The notes under the pieces are model-generated. The model searched no databases. It saw only the letters and a list, made by a program, of their open reading frames with translations, and was not told the origin of the DNA. A program made the position numbers and the translations under genes. DNA of 64,000 nucleotides. It comes from an uncultured Saprospiraceae bacterium. Lineage in GTDB: Bacteria > Bacteroidota > Bacteroidia > Chitinophagales > Saprospiraceae. The first letter of the stretch is position 1. Each line of letters opens with the position of its first letter. The stretch spans positions 63,357 to 127,356 of the forward strand of contig CALGAW010000010.1 in the NCBI GenBank assembly GCA_937959115.1, written 5' to 3'. Shown here in pieces: positions 61,717 to 64,000 of this stretch.

Positions 61717-64000
61717 ATGACTAAGAACTTACTCATTGTTGAGTCTCCTGCGAAGGCAAAGACTATTGAAAAATATCTCGGAAAGAACTTTTTTGTTAAA
61801 TCCAGCTACGGCCATATTAGGGATTTATCAAAGGAAAAAATGGGAGTAGAAATTGATAATAATTTCTTGCCCAACTATGTTATTTCTAAAGATAAATCAA
61901 AAGTTGTTAAAGAATTAAAGGAATCCGTAAAGAAAGCTACAGAAGTCTGGCTCGCAACGGATGAAGACCGCGAAGGAGAAGCTATATCTTGGCACTTGTG
62001 CAAAGTTCTTGGCCTAGATGAAAATTCTACGAAGCGGATCGTCTTTAGAGAAATCACAAAACCAGCACTCGAATCAGCCATTAACAATCCAAGAACAGTT
62101 GACATTAACCTAGTCAATGCACAACAAGCAAGAAGAGTGCTTGACCGATTAGTAGGTTTTGAGCTTTCTGGATTGCTTTGGAAAAAAGTAAAAGGAAAAC
62201 TCTCTGCAGGTCGTGTGCAATCAGTCGCCGTAAAACTAATTGTAGATCGGGAACGAGCAATCAACAAATTCGAACCAGAAATCTTTTATAAGGTAATTGC
62301 ATTATTTAATGTTGAAAACCGAGCTGGTAAAATGGTGGAGCTTAAAGCTGATTTGAAAGAACGCTTTAAGTCACAAAAAGAAGCCACCGATTTCCTCAAC
62401 AATTGTATTGGCGGAACATTCTCTATCAATAATATCCAGGTAAAACCGTTGAAACGGAACCCTGCCCCACCGTTCACGACATCAACGTTACAACAAGAAG
62501 CAAGTAGAAAGCTTGGTTTTTCAGTAAAACGAACAATGTCAAACGCTCAACGCTTATATGAGCAAGGACATATCTCTTATATGAGAACGGATTCAGTCAA
62601 TCTTAGTGAAACATCCAGAGCCGCTATTGGTAAGACCATCGTAGGCAACTACGGTGAAAACTACTTACACCCTAGAACATTTAAAGGAAAATCACAGAAT
62701 GCCCAAGAGGCGCACGAAGCCATTCGCCCTACTGATCCTGCAAAGTTTAATGTAACACAAGACAGAGACCAGCAAAGACTATATGAGTTGATCTGGAAAC
62801 GGACAGTCGCTACACAGATGGCCCAAGCTCAATTGGAAAAAACAACCGTAAGCATCGGTGTATCTACAATTGATACCGCAAATTTTGTTGCCATTGGTGA
62901 GGTATTGAAATTCGACGGGTTCCTTAAGGTTTATATGGAATCTATTGATGATGAAGACACAGAAGGAGAAGCAAAGGGGATCTTACCTCCGTTATCTGTA
63001 GGACAGAAACTACAGGAAAAAGTAGTTACAGCCACTGAGCGGTTTACCAAGGCATCACCAAGATATTCAGAAGCAAGTCTTGTAAAGAAAATGGAAGAGT
63101 TAGGGATTGGACGACCATCAACTTATGCCCCTACCATCAGTAAGATTACGGAAGAGACTAGAGGTTATATCACAAAAGAAAGCAAAGAAGGTGTAGAACG
63201 TGAATATAATGTAATCAATCTCATTGATGGCGTAGTAGAGACATCAAAAGCAACAGAAAAAACTGGAGCAGAAAAGAGTAAACTATTCCCGAATGATATT
63301 GGTATCTTAGTCAGTGATTTTCTTTCTGACAACTTCGAAAACATAATGGATTATAAGTTCACTGCTGAAATCGAAGCTGAGTTTGATCAGATTGCAGAAG
63401 GTAAAGTGAAATGGGAAGAAATGCTAGAGCGGTTCTACTCTCCGTTTCATGATACAGTGGAGCAAACACTAGAAACAGCAGAACGTGTAACAGGAGAGCG
63501 TAAACTAGGGAAAGATCCTGAAACTGGATTGACACTCCTAGTAAGAATGTCTCGGTTTGGCCCTGTGGCTCAAATTGGTGCATCTGATGAATTGAAAGAA
63601 GATGAAAAACCCAAATACGCTAACCTCAAACCTGGGATGTCTTTAGAACACGTCACTTACGAGGAAGCTATTGAACTGTTTAAATTACCCAGGGAGCTAG
63701 GTGCTTATGAGAACCATCCCGTTACGATTGGAGCTGGACGTTGGGGTCCGTACATCAAGTACAATGAAAAATTTATCTCAATCCCTAGAACACAAGATCC
63801 ACTTGAAATCACCAAAGAGGAAGCTATTGAGTTGATTGAAGAAAAGAAAAGAGCGGATGCACCGTTTGGACAATTTGAAGGTCATGACATGGTAAGAGGT
63901 AAAGGTAGATTTGGCCCTTTTATTAAATGGAATGGCATCTTTATTAATATTCCTAGAAAATACGATCCTGAAAATCTTTCTATTGACGATGCTTATGAGT
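61717..64000 (+). CDS. topA: DNA topoisomerase I (N-terminal ~760 aa; the gene continues beyond the window)
   Basis: 'MTKNLLIVESPAKAKTIEKYLGKNFFVKSSYGHIRDL' is the Toprim domain. Further on come '…LDRLVGFELSGLLWKK' and '…QRLYEQGHISYMRTDS', the active-site tyrosine region. The frame is open to the window end, which is why the ORF track does not list it. Confidence 0.9.
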   Translation, partial: MTKNLLIVESPAKAKTIEKYLGKNFFVKSSYGHIRDLSKEKMGVEIDNNFLPNYVISKDKSKVVKELKESVKKATEVWLATDEDREGEAISWHLCKVLGLDENSTKRIVFREITKPALESAINNPRTVDINLVNAQQARRVLDRLVGFELSGLLWKKVKGKLSAGRVQSVAVKLIVDRERAINKFEPEIFYKVIALFNVENRAGKMVELKADLKERFKSQKEATDFLNNCIGGTFSINNIQVKPLKRNPAPPFTTSTLQQEASRKLGFSVKRTMSNAQRLYEQGHISYMRTDSVNLSETSRAAIGKTIVGNYGENYLHPRTFKGKSQNAQEAHEAIRPTDPAKFNVTQDRDQQRLYELIWKRTVATQMAQAQLEKTTVSIGVSTIDTANFVAIGEVLKFDGFLKVYMESIDDEDTEGEAKGILPPLSVGQKLQEKVVTATERFTKASPRYSEASLVKKMEELGIGRPSTYAPTISKITEETRGYITKESKEGVEREYNVINLIDGVVETSKATEKTGAEKSKLFPNDIGILVSDFLSDNFENIMDYKFTAEIEAEFDQIAEGKVKWEEMLERFYSPFHDTVEQTLETAERVTGERKLGKDPETGLTLLVRMSRFGPVAQIGASDELKEDEKPKYANLKPGMSLEHVTYEEAIELFKLPRELGAYENHPVTIGAGRWGPYIKYNEKFISIPRTQDPLEITKEEAIELIEEKKRADAPFGQFEGHDMVRGKGRFGPFIKWNGIFINIPRKYDPENLSIDDAYE

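Noticed and set aside
61875-62477. Minus-strand ORFs at 61875-62267 and 62286-62477
   Set aside because: They are antisense to the unambiguous topA reading frame, which runs from 61717 to the window end.
1-64000. CRISPR arrays, rRNA and tRNA genes, IS elements and transposases
   Set aside because: No regularly spaced direct repeats, no rRNA- or tRNA-like conserved motifs, and no transposase, integrase or DDE-like ORFs were seen anywhere in the window.

Overview
This 64-kb window looks like a Bacteroidota chromosome segment, probably Flavobacteriia- or Cytophagia-like. Three things point that way: many proteins carry T9SS C-terminal sorting domains (type A 'LYPNPA…' tails and one type B 'PNVFTPNGDGANDLY' tail), several genes are preceded by the Bacteroidetes sigma-A -7 box TAnnTTTG, and the DNA is AT-rich. 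Housekeeping genes (ribE, holA, mltG, kdsB, ffh, a glutathione peroxidase, bshB1, a partial topA, an acyl-CoA carboxyltransferase, a THUMP methyltransferase) alternate with secreted or cell-surface proteins: a GH30-ricin lectin protein, an M36 metallopeptidase, a BNR-repeat protein, and two giant tandem paralogs that are each internally duplicated.

The most interesting locus is an AT-rich accessory island at about 25.2–31.3 kb. It encodes a 683-aa prokaryotic Argonaute whose MID and PIWI architecture is clear but whose catalytic residues are all replaced (long-B-like, inactive). That gene is translationally coupled, through a 13-nt overlap, to a 385-aa protein of unknown fold that is the candidate effector. 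Next to them is a class-II Fic AMPylase bracketed by two ~61-bp direct repeats, preceded upstream by short tandem iteron-like repeats.

Three further observations stand out. A candidate SRP RNA (ffs-like) sits on the minus strand at about 49.04–49.15 kb, where the ORF track shows only spurious ORFs. A TTAAT-periodic AT-rich motif recurs immediately 3' of several stop codons. The two giant secreted proteins share an uncharacterised ~250-aa C-terminal module. I found no rRNA, tRNA, CRISPR array, transposase or integrase in the window.
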